A stretch of DNA of 64,000 nt from an uncultured Flavonifractor sp. (GTDB lineage: Bacteria; Bacillota; Clostridia; Oscillospirales; Oscillospiraceae), in the NCBI GenBank assembly GCA_947346365.1, contig CANAAV010000005.1, forward strand, positions 29,177 through 93,176, in the 5' to 3' direction. Below the pieces are notes generated by a model. It had not been told where the DNA came from. It saw nothing but the letters and a program-made list of their open reading frames with translations, and searched no databases. This document shows positions 1-10,007 of this stretch, one piece after another. Each line of letters starts with the position of its first letter. The stretch's first letter is position 1. The translations under genes and the position numbers were made by a program.

Positions 1-68
1 CGGGGGCCCCGGTCCCCGATCAGGAGGCGTTCTTAACCCCCAAATCCGTAGAGTGAGGAGGCTGCACA

Positions 69-1529
69 ATGGAATGGAGCGCATACACCGCCCTGGAGCT
101 GGGCACGGCAATCAAAGAAGGAGCTCTCTCCCCGGCGCAGGCCGTCCAGGCCGGCCTGGACGCCGCCGGCAGGCACACGCACCTCAACAGCTTCATCACC
201 CTCGCCGGAACGCGGGCCCTGGAGCGGGCGCAGCAGCTCCGCCCCGGTGGAGCAGGAGCGGAATCCCCCCTGTACGGCGTGCCTATGGGCGTTAAAGACA
301 ATATCTGCACCAAGGGAATCAAAACTACCTGCGCCTCTATGATCCTTGGGGATTTCGCCCCTCCCTATGACGCCGCCGCCGTGGAACGGCTGAATCAGGC
401 CGGGGCGGTCTGCCTGGGCAAGCTGAATATGGACGAGTTTGCCATGGGCTCCACCACGGAGACCTCATACTACGGCCCGGTCCGCAACCCCTGGGACCCC
501 GGCCGGGTCCCGGGTGGCTCCTCCGGCGGAGCGGCGGCGGCGGTGGCCGCCGGGGAGATCTGGTACGCCATTGGCTCCGACACCGGGGGTTCTATCCGTC
601 AGCCCGCCGCCTTCTGCGGCGTCACCGGTATGAAGCCCACCTACGGCGCCGTCTCCCGGTACGGGCTCATCGCCTACGCTTCTTCCCTGGACCAGGTCGG
701 CCCCATCGCCCGCTCCGCCGCCGACTGCGCCGCGGTGCTGGACGTCATCGCCGGGCGGGACCGCCGGGACAGCACTTCCCTGGAGTACGCGGGGCCCCTG
801 CTGCCCCGCCTCACCGGGGAGGTACGGGGGATGCGGATTGGCCTGCCAGGGCAGTGCTTCGGAGACGGTCTGAACAAAGAGGTCCGCGCCGCGGTGCTGG
901 CCGCGGCGGAAATCCTCAAAAGCCGGGGGGCCAGGGTGGAGGAATTCTCCATGCCCATGCTGGACTACGGCGTGCCCGCCTACTATATCATCGCCTGCGC
1001 CGAGGCCAGCTCTAACCTCGCCCGCTTCGACGGGGTAAAATACGGCTGGCGGGCGGAAGGCTGCCAGGATCTGACCGAGCTGTACACCAAAACCCGCACC
1101 CAGGGCTTTGGTCCGGAAGTAAAGCGGCGGATTCTGCTGGGGACCTTCGTGCTGTCCGCCGGATACTACGACGCCTATTACAAAAAGGCCCTCCAGGCAA
1201 AGGCTCTCATAAAGTCGGCCTTTGACCTGGCCTTTCAAACCTACGACCTGCTGCTCACCCCTGTGACCCCCACCACCGCCCCCAAGCTGGGCGAGACCCT
1301 GTCCGATCCCCTGCAAATGTACCTCAGCGATGTCTATACCGTTCCGGTAAATCTGGCGGGCCTTCCAGGGCTGTCCATGCCCTGCGGCTTCGACTCCCGC
1401 GGCCTGCCCATCGGCGCTCAGCTCATCGGCCCTCTGCTGGGAGACCTGCCGGTGCTCAACGCCGCCCACGCCTTCCAGCTGGAAACCGATTATCACCGGC
1501 GCATGCCGAAAGGAGGAGACGCGCTGTGA
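69..1529 (+). CDS. gatA: Glu-tRNA(Gln)/Asp-tRNA(Asn) amidotransferase subunit A
   Basis: 486 aa; amidase signature GGSSGGAAAAVAAG and Ser-cisSer-Lys context; GAGGAG RBS at 55-60; followed directly by gatB with a 4-nt overlap. Confidence 0.95.
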   Translation: MEWSAYTALELGTAIKEGALSPAQAVQAGLDAAGRHTHLNSFITLAGTRALERAQQLRPGGAGAESPLYGVPMGVKDNICTKGIKTTCASMILGDFAPPYDAAAVERLNQAGAVCLGKLNMDEFAMGSTTETSYYGPVRNPWDPGRVPGGSSGGAAAAVAAGEIWYAIGSDTGGSIRQPAAFCGVTGMKPTYGAVSRYGLIAYASSLDQVGPIARSAADCAAVLDVIAGRDRRDSTSLEYAGPLLPRLTGEVRGMRIGLPGQCFGDGLNKEVRAAVLAAAEILKSRGARVEEFSMPMLDYGVPAYYIIACAEASSNLARFDGVKYGWRAEGCQDLTELYTKTRTQGFGPEVKRRILLGTFVLSAGYYDAYYKKALQAKALIKSAFDLAFQTYDLLLTPVTPTTAPKLGETLSDPLQMYLSDVYTVPVNLAGLPGLSMPCGFDSRGLPIGAQLIGPLLGDLPVLNAAHAFQLETDYHRRMPKGGDAL

Positions 1530-2956
1530 CCTGGGAAACCGTCATTGGCCTGGAGACCCATGTGGAGCTTGCCACCAAGACGAAAATCTTCTGCTCCTGC
1601 ACCACCCAGTTCGGCGGAGAGCCTAACACCCACTGCTGCCCGGTGTGCACGGGAATGCCGGGAGCGCTGCCCGTACTCAACGAAAAAGTTCTGGAGTTCG
1701 CCGTAAAGGCGGGTCTGGCGCTCAACTGCCAGATTACCCGCCGCTGCCGCTTCGACCGGAAAAATTATTTTTATCCCGACCTGCCCAAAGCCTATCAGAT
1801 CTCTCAGCTCTATCTCCCCATCTGCCGGGACGGGGCGGTGTCCCTCTCCACCCCGGCGGGAGAAAAACATATCCGCATCCATGAGCTGCATATGGAGGAA
1901 GACGCCGGCAAGCTGGTCCATGACCCCTGGCTTGACCAGACCCGCGCGGACTATAACCGCTGCGGCGTGCCCCTGATCGAAATCGTCACAGAGCCGGATT
2001 TCCGCACGGCAGACGAAGTCGTCGCCTATCTGGAGCATCTGCGCTCCACCCTACAGTACCTGGGGGTGTCCGACTGCAAGATGCAGGAGGGCTCTTTGCG
2101 CTGTGACGTGAACCTGTCGGTGCGCCCCGCCGGGTCGGCGCAGCTGGGCACCCGCACAGAGATGAAGAATCTCAGCTCCTTTAAGGCCATCACCCGGGCT
2201 ATCGCCTATGAGGCCAGGCGGCAGATCGAGCTGCTTGAGGAGGGAAAGCCGGTGGTGCAGCAGACCCGCCGCTGGGATGAGAATAAGGACGCCACCTTTG
2301 CCATGCGCTCCAAGGAGAACGCCCAGGACTACCGCTATTTCCCCGACCCGGATCTGCCCCAGCTCTTCCTCAGCGAGGCGTACCTGGAGCGCCTGCGCAG
2401 GGAGCAGCCTGAGCTCTCCCCGGCCAAAGCCGCCCGGTACCGGCGGGACTGGGACCTTCCCCCTTACGACGTCCAGATGCTCACCAGCCAGAAGGCGCTG
2501 GCGGACTTTTTTGAACAGACCGTGGCCCTGGGCGCGCCGCCCAAGCAGGCGTCCAACTGGATTATGGGTCAGGTGCTGGGGGCGCTCTCCGCCAGAGGGC
2601 TGGACAGCCGGGACATGCCCCTGACCCCCAGAACCCTGGCCCGGCTGATCCAGCTGGTGCAGTCCGGACGGCTCAACCGCAACACGGCGGTCAAAGTCTT
2701 TGACGCGGTGTTTGACTCCGATGCAGACGTGGACGCCTATGTCAAGGAACACGGGCTGGAGCAGGTCTGCGACGCCGAGCTGGTGGAGGACGCCGTGGCG
2801 CAGGTTCTGGCCGATCACCCCAAATCCGTCGCGGATTACCGCTCCGGCAAGGAGAAGGCCTTTGGATTTTTGGTGGGCCAGGTAATGCGCAGGCTGAAAG
2901 GCCAGGCCAGCCCACCGGCGGTCCACGCCGCGCTGCACAGTCGCCTGGACAAATAA
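1526..2956 (+). CDS. gatB: Glu-tRNA(Gln)/Asp-tRNA(Asn) amidotransferase subunit B
   Basis: 476 aa; GTG start overlapping the gatA stop; GatB N-terminal motif WEXVIGLEXHVEL; AAAGGAGGAG RBS. Confidence 0.95.
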   Translation: MTWETVIGLETHVELATKTKIFCSCTTQFGGEPNTHCCPVCTGMPGALPVLNEKVLEFAVKAGLALNCQITRRCRFDRKNYFYPDLPKAYQISQLYLPICRDGAVSLSTPAGEKHIRIHELHMEEDAGKLVHDPWLDQTRADYNRCGVPLIEIVTEPDFRTADEVVAYLEHLRSTLQYLGVSDCKMQEGSLRCDVNLSVRPAGSAQLGTRTEMKNLSSFKAITRAIAYEARRQIELLEEGKPVVQQTRRWDENKDATFAMRSKENAQDYRYFPDPDLPQLFLSEAYLERLRREQPELSPAKAARYRRDWDLPPYDVQMLTSQKALADFFEQTVALGAPPKQASNWIMGQVLGALSARGLDSRDMPLTPRTLARLIQLVQSGRLNRNTAVKVFDAVFDSDADVDAYVKEHGLEQVCDAELVEDAVAQVLADHPKSVADYRSGKEKAFGFLVGQVMRRLKGQASPPAVHAALHSRLDK

Positions 2957-3012
2957 GTAAAGCAGCAGGCCCCCCGGCTTATCGGGGGGCCTGCTGTAGC
3001 TTTGATAGATCG

Positions 3013-4206
3013 TTACCTGGCCTCAGGCGCCAGGATAATGAGCTGATCCACTGCGTTGAGATCCTCTGTATTGGCGGTAAATGCGGCGTTGGTGTTCTTC
3101 TCCACCCGGAAGGTCACGGTCTGCTCCGGCAGGTAGTCCAGCTTCTCCACCTGGGTGCGCAGCAGGTCCAGTACCATTCTGGCGTAGGCCACACAGTACG
3201 CGTCATACTGCGCCGGAGTGGCTGTGGCGAAAAAGCTGTCGGGGTAATTCACGTGGAACTGCTCGCTGACGCTGTCATACGCCGTGTCAAACAGCTGTAA
3301 CACATTGATGGGGCTGACCGTTACGTCCACTGTGTAATCACCGTTCCCCAGGGCCTTGGGGTTGGACACGGTAAACTTGGACTTGCTGTAAATGGTCTGG
3401 AAGAGGGTCATCAGCTGGTTGCTGATTTCGGGATCCAGCTTGTCGAAGGTCTCCTCCTCGGTGGTGCCGGTAATGCCGCTGAAGTCGCTGAAGATCTGGG
3501 CCTCCGCCATCACGTTCGTCAAATGGGCCGCCTCAGCGCTCTCCTTCGTGCCGCTCACCAGATCCAGATAGGCCTGGTCGTACTGGCCCAGATACAGCGC
3601 GTTCAAAAGTCCCTGTACATAGGTCACGGCAATCTCATCGGTAATTTCAAAAGGCTCGGTGGACAGGGTGACCACATGATTTTCCGCATTCCAGCCCACT
3701 TCCAGGCCCAGGGCGTTGGAGATGGCCCGGATGGGCAGATAGGTCGTGCCGTCCACGGCAAAAGGCTCCACTGTTTTGCCGCTGGCATCGGTCAGGGTCA
3801 GCGGTTTTCCGTCCAGAGTGACCTTAATGTCCGCGTAGTCGGCGCTCAGGCCGATGTTGATGGTGCGGCCCTTAGCGGGGTCCTGGGTGGTCTTGGTGGT
3901 CTTCTCTCCACCGGAGGTCAGGGCGACCGTGCTGGTTTCGGCAAGCCAGTCCACGCCCAGGCCCAGGGCGCCGGCCACCGCCCGGACGGGCAGATAAGTC
4001 GTGCCGTCCACGGCAAAGGGCTCCACAGTCTTTCCGTTGGCGTCGGTCAGCACCAGAAACTCTCCGTCCAACATCACCTTAATATCGGTGTAGTTGGCCT
4101 GGATGGGCCGAGAGCCGGTGACGGCGGCGGCGGGAACGGCCAGCGATGCGGCCAGCGCCAGGGACATAATCGCGGCGCCCATGCGCCGCAGGGGATGCTT
4201 GTGCAT
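3013..4206 (-). CDS. secreted protein with duplicated copper-amine-oxidase N-terminal-like (stalk) domains
   Basis: 397 aa; N-terminal signal peptide (MSLALAASLAVPAAAV); two repeats of TVEPFAVDGTTYLP(V/I)RA(V/I)..ALGL.V.W typical of Cu_amine_oxidN1 domains. Confidence 0.6.
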   Translation of the reverse strand: MHKHPLRRMGAAIMSLALAASLAVPAAAVTGSRPIQANYTDIKVMLDGEFLVLTDANGKTVEPFAVDGTTYLPVRAVAGALGLGVDWLAETSTVALTSGGEKTTKTTQDPAKGRTINIGLSADYADIKVTLDGKPLTLTDASGKTVEPFAVDGTTYLPIRAISNALGLEVGWNAENHVVTLSTEPFEITDEIAVTYVQGLLNALYLGQYDQAYLDLVSGTKESAEAAHLTNVMAEAQIFSDFSGITGTTEEETFDKLDPEISNQLMTLFQTIYSKSKFTVSNPKALGNGDYTVDVTVSPINVLQLFDTAYDSVSEQFHVNYPDSFFATATPAQYDAYCVAYARMVLDLLRTQVEKLDYLPEQTVTFRVEKNTNAAFTANTEDLNAVDQLIILAPEAR

Positions 4207-4450
4207 GTCAAAGACTCCTTTCCGTTTGAGCTTCCGCCCCTTGGTTGACGGGGCAGGCTGTCTTTATTCTAGCGCGGAGCCAAGCCGCTGTAAAGTGCTT
4301 TTCCAAAAAAATTGGAGATGCGCGAAAGGAGTATACTCCATAAAAATCAAAGGCAAGGCAGGCCGCAATGGTTTGCCTCACTCTTTTCGGAGTGTATCAC
4401 ACCCATTATGACACTTTCAGCAAAGGTGTCAGCGGAAGGGAACCATAAAA

Positions 4451-4888
4451 GTGGTCCTCAATTTGACCGAAACCCATAAGACCGTGAAAAATATCAAAGC
4501 GCGGGGTGCTTTCACGGTGAGCATAGCCGACGCCGCCCATATGGTAGAGGCAGACTATTTCGGAATAGAATCCGGAAACAGCTTCGTCGGCAAGTTTGCC
4601 CGCAGCGGCCTTACCGCCAGCAAGGCTGAAACGGTGGACGCCCCTGCTATCAATGAATTTCCGTTGTGTCTCGAGTGTGAATTTATTGCCTATCAGGACG
4701 GCGAATATGGCTACGGAGTCATTGGAAAGGTCATCAATATCACTGCGGACAAAAGCGTCATAGTAGATGGTCAGATCAATATGTCGCTGGTGAACGCCAT
4801 TGCCTTCGCCCCCTACACTCACGGATACTACAAGGTGACACAACGTGTTGGGGAAGCGTTTAAAGACGGCCTGAATTTGAAAAAATGA
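4451..4888 (+). CDS. flavin reductase-like FMN-binding domain protein
   Basis: 145 aa; GTG start; resemblance to flavin reductase-like split-barrel proteins. Confidence 0.55.
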   Translation: MVLNLTETHKTVKNIKARGAFTVSIADAAHMVEADYFGIESGNSFVGKFARSGLTASKAETVDAPAINEFPLCLECEFIAYQDGEYGYGVIGKVINITADKSVIVDGQINMSLVNAIAFAPYTHGYYKVTQRVGEAFKDGLNLKK

Positions 4889-4981
4889 AAATGACGCCCG
4901 CTGAAAAGCAAATGCTTTTCAGCGGGCGTTCGCTTCTTTATGGCAGCTGTCCCAAGTGCCTGCCCCCGCTGCAAATCTATC

Positions 4982-5401
4982 TCAGGGGAGATCATCCGCG
5001 TCAATCAGGATATTATCGGTGCCGTGCTCTTCAAATTCGGCAATATAGGCCTCAATGCGGCGGTTGAGCTCATCATAATTGCTCTCGTCGATTGGGGCGT
5101 CGTCCATATCCCGGCGGGCCAGATCCTCCGCCAAAATATCAAAAAAGACGTTGTTTTCATACTCCATTATGGCCTCGTGGATGCCGCCCTCCGCAAACGC
5201 GCGGGATGGGACCGTCTCCCCCTGCCACTCCTCTGCCAGTACGCCCATGCCCTCTTCTTTTGCTTTGGCAAACAGAAGGCTTTCCACATCGTCATAATCC
5301 TTAAAGCGGTCGTCGCCCCGGGTGGAGTTGAGCACCCAGTTGCCGATATAGGCCATATCCAGCAGGCGGCGGAATTGCTTGCCTGTCAATTCCAAATTCA
5401 T
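4982..5401 (-). CDS. hypothetical acidic protein
   Basis: 139 aa ORF; clean ATG start; no recognisable domain. Confidence 0.4.
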   Translation of the reverse strand: MNLELTGKQFRRLLDMAYIGNWVLNSTRGDDRFKDYDDVESLLFAKAKEEGMGVLAEEWQGETVPSRAFAEGGIHEAIMEYENNVFFDILAEDLARRDMDDAPIDESNYDELNRRIEAYIAEFEEHGTDNILIDADDLP

Positions 5402-5600
5402 AGGATAAAACCTCCTCGCTGTCCTTCGAGCTTACCCGCGCAGGCCGGCAGGCCCCGCTCTTTTTATATTATAATCACGCCGGCTGAAATGTCAAACAGG
5501 GGAAATTGGAAAATGGTGGGAGCGTTCTCCAAGTCTCTCTTGTGTTTTGAAGGATTTTCGCATATGATGGGTAGGAAACACAGTTTGGGAGGGAATTTCC

Positions 5601-6416
5601 TTGGACGCAAGACCCATCGGTATTTTTGACTCCGGCCTGGGCGGACTGACCACCGTGCGGGAGGTGCGCCGCCTTCTGCCGGGAGAAGAGCTTGTCTATT
5701 TCGGAGACACCGGGCGGGTGCCTTACGGCAGCCGCTCCAGAGACACCATCATCAAATACGCCCGGCAGGATGTGGCCTTCCTGCGGCAGTTTGATCTCAA
5801 AGCCGTCATAATCGCCTGCGGCACTGTGTCCACCACGGCACTGGATATACTCTGTCAGGAAAATTCCCTGCCGGTGCTGGGGGTGGTGGCTCCGGCGGCA
5901 CAGACGGCAGCCCGGCGGACCCGCAGCGGGCGTATCGGTCTGATCGGCACCCAGGCCACCATCCGCAGCGGGGCCTATGAGCGCCACATCGCCCAGGTCC
6001 GCCCGGACGCCCAGGTGTTCGCCCAGGCCTGTCCGCTCTTCGTCCCCCTGGTAGAAAACGGCCGCACCCGTCCGGGAGACGTGGTCATCGAGACGGTGGC
6101 CGCGGAATATCTGGCCCCTTTGAAGCAGGCGCAGGTAGACACGCTGGTGCTGGGTTGCACCCACTACCCGCTGCTGGAGGCGGTAATCCGCAGCAGCATG
6201 GGCCCCCAGGTGGAGCTGGTCAGCGCCGGCGCCGAGGGAGCCCGGGCCGCGGCGGAGCTGCTGCGCAGATCAGACGCCCTGGCTCCTCAGGACGCCCCGG
6301 GCGGCCTGAAGTGCTATGTCAGCGACCAGGTGGCCGACTTTTCCCGGCTGGCGTCGCTGTTTTTGGGCTGGGATGTAGCCGGACAGGTGGAGCATGTGGA
6401 CATTGACCGATATTAG
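5601..6416 (+). CDS. murI: glutamate racemase
   Basis: 271 aa; IGIFDSGLGGLT N-terminal motif and GCTHYPLL C-terminal motif; TTG start 7 nt after GGGAGGG. Confidence 0.9.
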   Translation: MDARPIGIFDSGLGGLTTVREVRRLLPGEELVYFGDTGRVPYGSRSRDTIIKYARQDVAFLRQFDLKAVIIACGTVSTTALDILCQENSLPVLGVVAPAAQTAARRTRSGRIGLIGTQATIRSGAYERHIAQVRPDAQVFAQACPLFVPLVENGRTRPGDVVIETVAAEYLAPLKQAQVDTLVLGCTHYPLLEAVIRSSMGPQVELVSAGAEGARAAAELLRRSDALAPQDAPGGLKCYVSDQVADFSRLASLFLGWDVAGQVEHVDIDRY

Positions 6417-6457
6417 ACCCTGTTTGAAAAATCCCGCCGGGAATCCTTCGGGTCATC

Positions 6458-6486
6458 TTTACAACGGGCGCCGCATTGTGTATAAT
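6458..6486 (+). promoter_or_regulatory. sigma-A-type promoter for the DUF1934-argS operon (-35 TTTACA, 17 bp spacer, -10 TATAAT)
   Basis: TTTACA at 6458-6463 and TATAAT at 6481-6486 upstream of the 6524 start. Confidence 0.45.
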
Positions 6487-6523
6487 AGCTTGCAATTCGC
6501 ATGGGCCGGAGGTAGCGCAGCAT

Positions 6524-6964
6524 ATGCACAACAACGTTATTATTTCCATTAAAGGGACGCAGTCCTTTGTGGGCATGGAGGCGGACGCCGTCGAGCTGGT
6601 CACAGAGGGCCGCCTGGACCCAGACGGCGATGGATACACCCTCAGTTATCAGGAGAGCGAGCTTACCGGGCTGGACGGCACTCTGACCACCTTCCAGATT
6701 GAGCCCGAGCGCATTACCCTGCTGCGGATGGGAGAGGTCAACTCCCAGATGGTCTTTCAGGAGGGGAAGCGGCATCTGTCCATGTACGACACACCCTACG
6801 GCGCCTTGTCGGTGGGCGTGCGCACCAAGCGGATGCGCGCTGCGCTCTCTCAGGCCGGCGGGGCCATTGAGATACAATACGCCATCGAAATCGACCACGC
6901 GGCGGCGGGAGAAAACCAGTTTCGCATTCAGGTAAAAGAGAAAACGCCTCTTCTGCGGTCATAA
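6524..6964 (+). CDS. DUF1934 (YwiB-like) protein
   Basis: about 146 aa from ATG 6524 (GGAGGTAG RBS); conserved position immediately upstream of argS as in Bacillus ywiB-argS. Confidence 0.6.
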   Translation: MHNNVIISIKGTQSFVGMEADAVELVTEGRLDPDGDGYTLSYQESELTGLDGTLTTFQIEPERITLLRMGEVNSQMVFQEGKRHLSMYDTPYGALSVGVRTKRMRAALSQAGGAIEIQYAIEIDHAAAGENQFRIQVKEKTPLLRS

Positions 6965-7038
6965 AGGCGGTATATTCGCGCTCCGCTTTCTGAACATCGC
7001 CGGTATTTTGGAAGCGGGCCAGAAAAAGGTGATAAAAT

Positions 7039-8787
7039 ATGTCCAATTTAATTCAAGCGGCAAAGGATCAGGTTCACGCCCTAACCCAGGCCGCCTATGA
7101 GAAAGCCGCGGCGGAACAGTTGCTGCCCGCCGGAGCCCAGGTAAAGGCCACGGTTGAAATCCCCAAGGACGTCTCCCACGGAGACTACGCCTCCTCCTTC
7201 GCCATGGCAGGAGCCAAGGCGCTGCGCATGCCCCCCCGGACGCTCGCTCAAATTATTGTGGAGCGGCTGGACCTGTCCGGCAGCTATTTTGACAAGGTGG
7301 AAATTGCCGGACCGGGCTTTTTGAACTTCACTCTGGGCAGCAAGTGGTACGGGCAGGTCCTCCGGGACATTCAGGCCGAGGGCGGTGCCTACGGTTCTTT
7401 GCAAGAGGGCGAGGGCAGGCGGGTAATGGTAGAATTCGTCTCCGCCAACCCCACCGGCCCTATGCATATCGGCAACGCCCGGGGCGGCGTTCTGGGGGAC
7501 GCCCTGGCCAGCGTGCTGGAACGGGCCGGGTACCGCGTCTGGAGGGAATTTTACGTCAATGATGCGGGTAATCAAATCCACAAATTCGCCGTCTCCATTG
7601 AGGCCCGCTACCTCCAGCTGGTACGTGGAGAAGAAAATGTGCCTTTCCCCGAAGACGGCTACCACGGCGAGGATATTCGGGAGCTGGCCCAGGCCTTTTT
7701 AGACCGGGAGGGTTCCGGCTGGAAGGACCGCCCCGAGGAGGAACGCCGGGCGGCCATGGCCCAATTCGGTCTGTCCGCCAACATTCCTAAGATGAAGAAC
7801 GACCTGCGCCGGTACAAAATTGAATACGACCAGTGGTTCTTGGAGTCCACCCTTCACGACAGCGGCTATGTAGAAGAGACCGTGGGTCTTTTAAAGGACA
7901 GGGGCTGGACCTACGAGAAGGACGGAGCCCTGTGGCTGGACACCACCCAGCTTTTAAAGGCAAAATACCTGCGGGAGGGCAAAACCCAAGAGCAGGTGGA
8001 CAAGCTGGAGCTGAAAGACGACGTGCTGCAGCGGGCCAACGGGTTTTACACCTACTTTGCCGCCGACATCGCCTATCACCGGGACAAGCTGGAGCGCCGG
8101 GGGTTCGACCTGGCGGTCAATATCTGGGGGGCGGACCACCACGGGCATGTAGCGCGGCTCCAGGCGGCGCTGGACGGACTGGGGCTGGACGGCTCCCACC
8201 GGCTGGTCATTGTGCTGATGCAGCTGGTGAACCTGCTCCAGGACGGCCAACCCGTGCGCATGTCCAAGCGCTCCGGCAAAGCCATCGCTCTGCGGGACCT
8301 GCTGGACGAGGTCAGCGTGGACGCCGCCCGCTTCTTTTTCAATTCCCGCTCCGCCACCAGCCCGGTGGATTTCGATCTGGACCTGGCGGTCCGGGAGGAC
8401 AGTGAAAATCCGGTGTACTATGTCCAATACGCCCACGCCCGGATTTGCTCCCTGATTTCCCGTCTGGCGGAAGAGGGCGCCCAGGTTCCCAGCGCGAAGG
8501 CTGTGGACGCGGCGGTCTTCACCACAGCGGAGGAGCGCGCGCTCATCAAAACCCTCTCTCAGCTGCCCGACACCATCCGCTTGGCGGCCCAGAATTACGA
8601 CCCCTCTCATATCAACCGCTATCTGCTGGCCCTGGCGGGGGATTTCCACCGTTTCTACAATGCCTGTCATATCAAAGGGGAGCAGCCCTCAATTCTCTCC
8701 GCCCGTCTTAAGCTGGCGGATGCCGTGCGCAGCGTCATTGCCACCGGCCTGAGACTGATCGGCGTTGCCGCGCCGGAAAAAATGTAA
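7039..8787 (+). CDS. argS: arginine--tRNA ligase
   Basis: 582 aa; class I HIGH-like motif (PTGPMHIGNARGG) and KMSK motif (RMSKRSGK); DALR anticodon-binding C-terminus. Confidence 0.95.
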   Translation: MSNLIQAAKDQVHALTQAAYEKAAAEQLLPAGAQVKATVEIPKDVSHGDYASSFAMAGAKALRMPPRTLAQIIVERLDLSGSYFDKVEIAGPGFLNFTLGSKWYGQVLRDIQAEGGAYGSLQEGEGRRVMVEFVSANPTGPMHIGNARGGVLGDALASVLERAGYRVWREFYVNDAGNQIHKFAVSIEARYLQLVRGEENVPFPEDGYHGEDIRELAQAFLDREGSGWKDRPEEERRAAMAQFGLSANIPKMKNDLRRYKIEYDQWFLESTLHDSGYVEETVGLLKDRGWTYEKDGALWLDTTQLLKAKYLREGKTQEQVDKLELKDDVLQRANGFYTYFAADIAYHRDKLERRGFDLAVNIWGADHHGHVARLQAALDGLGLDGSHRLVIVLMQLVNLLQDGQPVRMSKRSGKAIALRDLLDEVSVDAARFFFNSRSATSPVDFDLDLAVREDSENPVYYVQYAHARICSLISRLAEEGAQVPSAKAVDAAVFTTAEERALIKTLSQLPDTIRLAAQNYDPSHINRYLLALAGDFHRFYNACHIKGEQPSILSARLKLADAVRSVIATGLRLIGVAAPEKM

Positions 8788-8851
8788 TCAAACAGCAATG
8801 GGCCCCCGCTCAAAAAGACGGGGGTCCATTTTAAACGGAGGAGGGCGGCTT

Positions 8852-9805
8852 ATGAGTCAGACTGTCCGGGGGCGCTTCGCCCCCAGCCCCAGCGGGCGGA
8901 TGCACCTGGGGAATCTGTTTTCCGCTCTGCTGGCCTGGCTGTCGGTCCGGTCGGCAGGCGGCATCATGGTCCTGCGCATAGAAGACCTGGACCCAGACCG
9001 CTGCCGGGAGGAGTACGCCGTGCAGCTGGCAGACGACCTGCGCTGGCTGGGGCTGGACTGGGACGAGGGCTATCAGGCCGGGGGACCCCACGCTCCCTAC
9101 CGGCAGAGCCAGCGCACCGCGTCCTATGCCGCCGCTTTCCACACCCTACAGGAGCGCGGGCTGATTTACCCCTGTTTCTGCACACGGGCAGAACGGCTTG
9201 CCGCCAGCGCCCCCCACCTGGGCCAGGGGCAGGGAGCCTACGGGGGAAAATGCCGCAGCCTGACCCCCCGGCAGCGGGAGGAGCTGTCTGCCTGCCGCCA
9301 CCCGTCTTGGCGGCTCCAGGTCCCGGATCAGACGGCAGCCTTTCAGGACGGCTTGCAGGGGGCTTACGCGGAAAATCTCCTGCGCGGCTGCGGGGACTTT
9401 ATCCTGCGCCGGTCCGACGGCGTGTACGCCTATCAGCTGGCGGTTGTGTGCGACGATGCGGACATGGAGATTACTCAGGTGGTCCGGGGGCGGGACCTGC
9501 TCTCCTCCACGCCCCGGCAGCTGTATTTATACCAGCTGTTAGGGCGGAAAGCCCCTCAGTTTTGTCATGTGCCCCTGCTGCTCTCCGAGGACGGCCGGCG
9601 GCTCTCCAAACGGGACGGCGATCTGGACATGGGCGCCCTGCGGGAACGTTGTACACCCCAGGCGCTGCTGGGCCGTCTGGCCTATCTGGCAGGCTTGCTG
9701 CCTCTGCCGGAACCTGTATCCGCAGCTGAACTCATCCCCCTGTTCTCTTGGGAACAGGTGCGCAAAGAGGATGTCACCCTTTCCGACACTTCCGATGCTT
9801 TTTAG
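8852..9805 (+). CDS. gluQ: glutamyl-Q tRNA(Asp) synthetase (truncated GluRS paralog)
   Basis: 317 aa from ATG 8852 (GGAGGAGGG RBS); RFAPSPSGRMHLGN HIGH region and LSKRDG KMSKS-like motif; lacks anticodon-binding domain. Confidence 0.8.
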   Translation: MSQTVRGRFAPSPSGRMHLGNLFSALLAWLSVRSAGGIMVLRIEDLDPDRCREEYAVQLADDLRWLGLDWDEGYQAGGPHAPYRQSQRTASYAAAFHTLQERGLIYPCFCTRAERLAASAPHLGQGQGAYGGKCRSLTPRQREELSACRHPSWRLQVPDQTAAFQDGLQGAYAENLLRGCGDFILRRSDGVYAYQLAVVCDDADMEITQVVRGRDLLSSTPRQLYLYQLLGRKAPQFCHVPLLLSEDGRRLSKRDGDLDMGALRERCTPQALLGRLAYLAGLLPLPEPVSAAELIPLFSWEQVRKEDVTLSDTSDAF

Positions 9806-10007
9806 GGCGGCCGGCCCATCCCACGGACTTGAGCGTTCAACCCCCGGCCGGGGGCTGCTGGAGATAATCATGCCGGCCGTGGGCCGCAGGCCCCTTTTTC
9901 ACAGTCTGGAGTATGCCGCTGTAGCCATAACCAGCGCCGTCTCTGACGCTCTTTTTGAGCAGATACCCACTCTGCCGCTGCGGCCGTGAAGAGGGCGCAG
10001 CAAAATT

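Noticed and set aside
20-322. Upstream ORFs (20..322 minus, 53..295 plus) as a gene preceding gatA, or the truncated gatC end in bases 1-36
   Set aside because: Both ORFs overlap gatA out of frame with proline/arginine-rich products. The first 36 nt could be the 3' end of gatC, but this is too short to support from sequence alone.
465-1496. Long reverse-strand ORFs nested inside confidently called genes. Examples: 465..1496 in gatA, 2051..2938 in gatB, 3523..4248 opposite the stalk-repeat protein, 12636..13715 and 12752..13255 in baseplate J, 22747..24072 in terminase, 25154..26299 and 26447..28144 in sbcC, 31230..33281 in flotillin/azlC, 34844..36301 and 37385..38575 in flgK/flgL, 41166..42155 in comM, 44112..45137 and 45264..45770 in relA, 48874..49923 opposite degV, 56740..58308 opposite SPFH/NfeD, 62232..63824 opposite groEL
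   Set aside because: High-GC shadow ORFs. Their products are Arg/Gly/Pro/Ala-rich low-complexity sequence with no RBS or start context, and each overlaps a gene with clear family motifs on the other strand.
6417-6523. Additional copy of the MITE-like repeat (shares CCTGTTTGAAAAAT with the repeat left end) or a T-box leader upstream of the argS operon
   Set aside because: Only a 12-14 nt match with no second terminus. The region is too short (about 100 nt) and lacks a T-box specifier/antiterminator architecture. Better explained as a plain sigma-A promoter.
9806-10007. Candidate small gene or RNA in the 200-bp gap after gluQ
   Set aside because: ORFs here (9567..9989 and 9837..10025) are low-complexity and unanchored. 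The only clear signal is the bidirectional terminator at 10008-10055.
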